DNA from: Candidatus Giovannonibacteria bacterium
Lineage (GTDB): Bacteria; Patescibacteriota; Minisyncoccia; JACPKW01; UBA11713
Reading direction: 5' to 3'
Assembly: GCA_016176285.1 (NCBI GenBank)
Contig: JACOXM010000003.1
Span: forward strand, 1-62,414
DNA length: 62,414 nt
This document shows positions 62,342 through 62,414 of the stretch, piece by piece; position 1 is the stretch's first letter; every line of letters starts with the position of its first letter. The notes beneath the pieces are model-generated. The model searched no databases. It was given only the letters and a program-made list of their open reading frames with translations, and was not told where the DNA came from. Both the position numbers and the translations under genes were made by a program.

Positions 62342-62414
62342 GAAATGCGGGCAGGTTGTCAGCGGTGCGGCTCCCCGCCTGCGCCGAGGCTTCGGCAGGC
62401 AGGCGCCGCATTTC
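62342..62414. other. GC-rich compound hairpin running to the window edge
   Basis: GAAATGCGG (62342-62350) pairs with CCGCATTTC (62406-62414). Inner helices are GCCTGC/GCAGGC and GCCGA-GGCT-TCGGC. Confidence 0.45.

Noticed and set aside
1-62414. CRISPR arrays, rRNA genes, alternative genetic code
   Set aside because: There are no regularly spaced direct repeats and no rRNA-like sequence. All conserved genes are intact with TGA, TAA and TAG as stops, so there is no evidence for code 25 or code 4 recoding.

Overview
This is a 62.4-kb, low-GC, gene-dense bacterial chromosome segment. All long ORFs read cleanly under the standard bacterial code, with no sign of stop-codon reassignment. The gene content looks like a Candidate Phyla Radiation / Patescibacteria (Parcubacteria-like) genome: short ValRS and IF-2, a membrane pyrophosphatase, a type IV pilus cluster, DUF5667/DUF5652/DUF4446-like proteins, small GIY-YIG and HNH genes, and many membrane-anchored hypotheticals. 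That assignment is inference only. I can support about 75 protein genes, 17 canonical tRNA genes plus one interrupted tRNA-like gene, one group I intron, several intrinsic terminators and several repeat or mobile-element scars. There is no rRNA and no CRISPR array. The most noteworthy observations are: (1) at 1757-1947, a complete tRNA-Ala(CGC) is nested in the anticodon loop of a second Ala-identity tRNA-like gene and clamped by a perfect 12-bp helix; (2) at 32011-32292, a tRNA-Phe(GAA) is interrupted after U33 by a 210-nt Azoarcus-like group I intron; (3) a 282-bp GIY-YIG mini-cassette with 13-bp terminal inverted repeats and a TGAA duplication sits exactly on the start codon of an ABC-2 permease gene; (4) 83-bp direct repeats anchored on the 3' end of tRNA-Leu(UAA) bound a decayed integrative element, and inside it a 548-aa membrane-protein gene is flanked by about 130-bp GC-rich inverted repeats; (5) a HasA-like processive glycosyltransferase and a NodB-type deacetylase are bracketed by paralogous lectin-fold proteins; (6) an array of GTTTCACGTGAAAC palindromes lies upstream of and inside yraN. 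All coordinates and folds were done by eye, and no database search was run.
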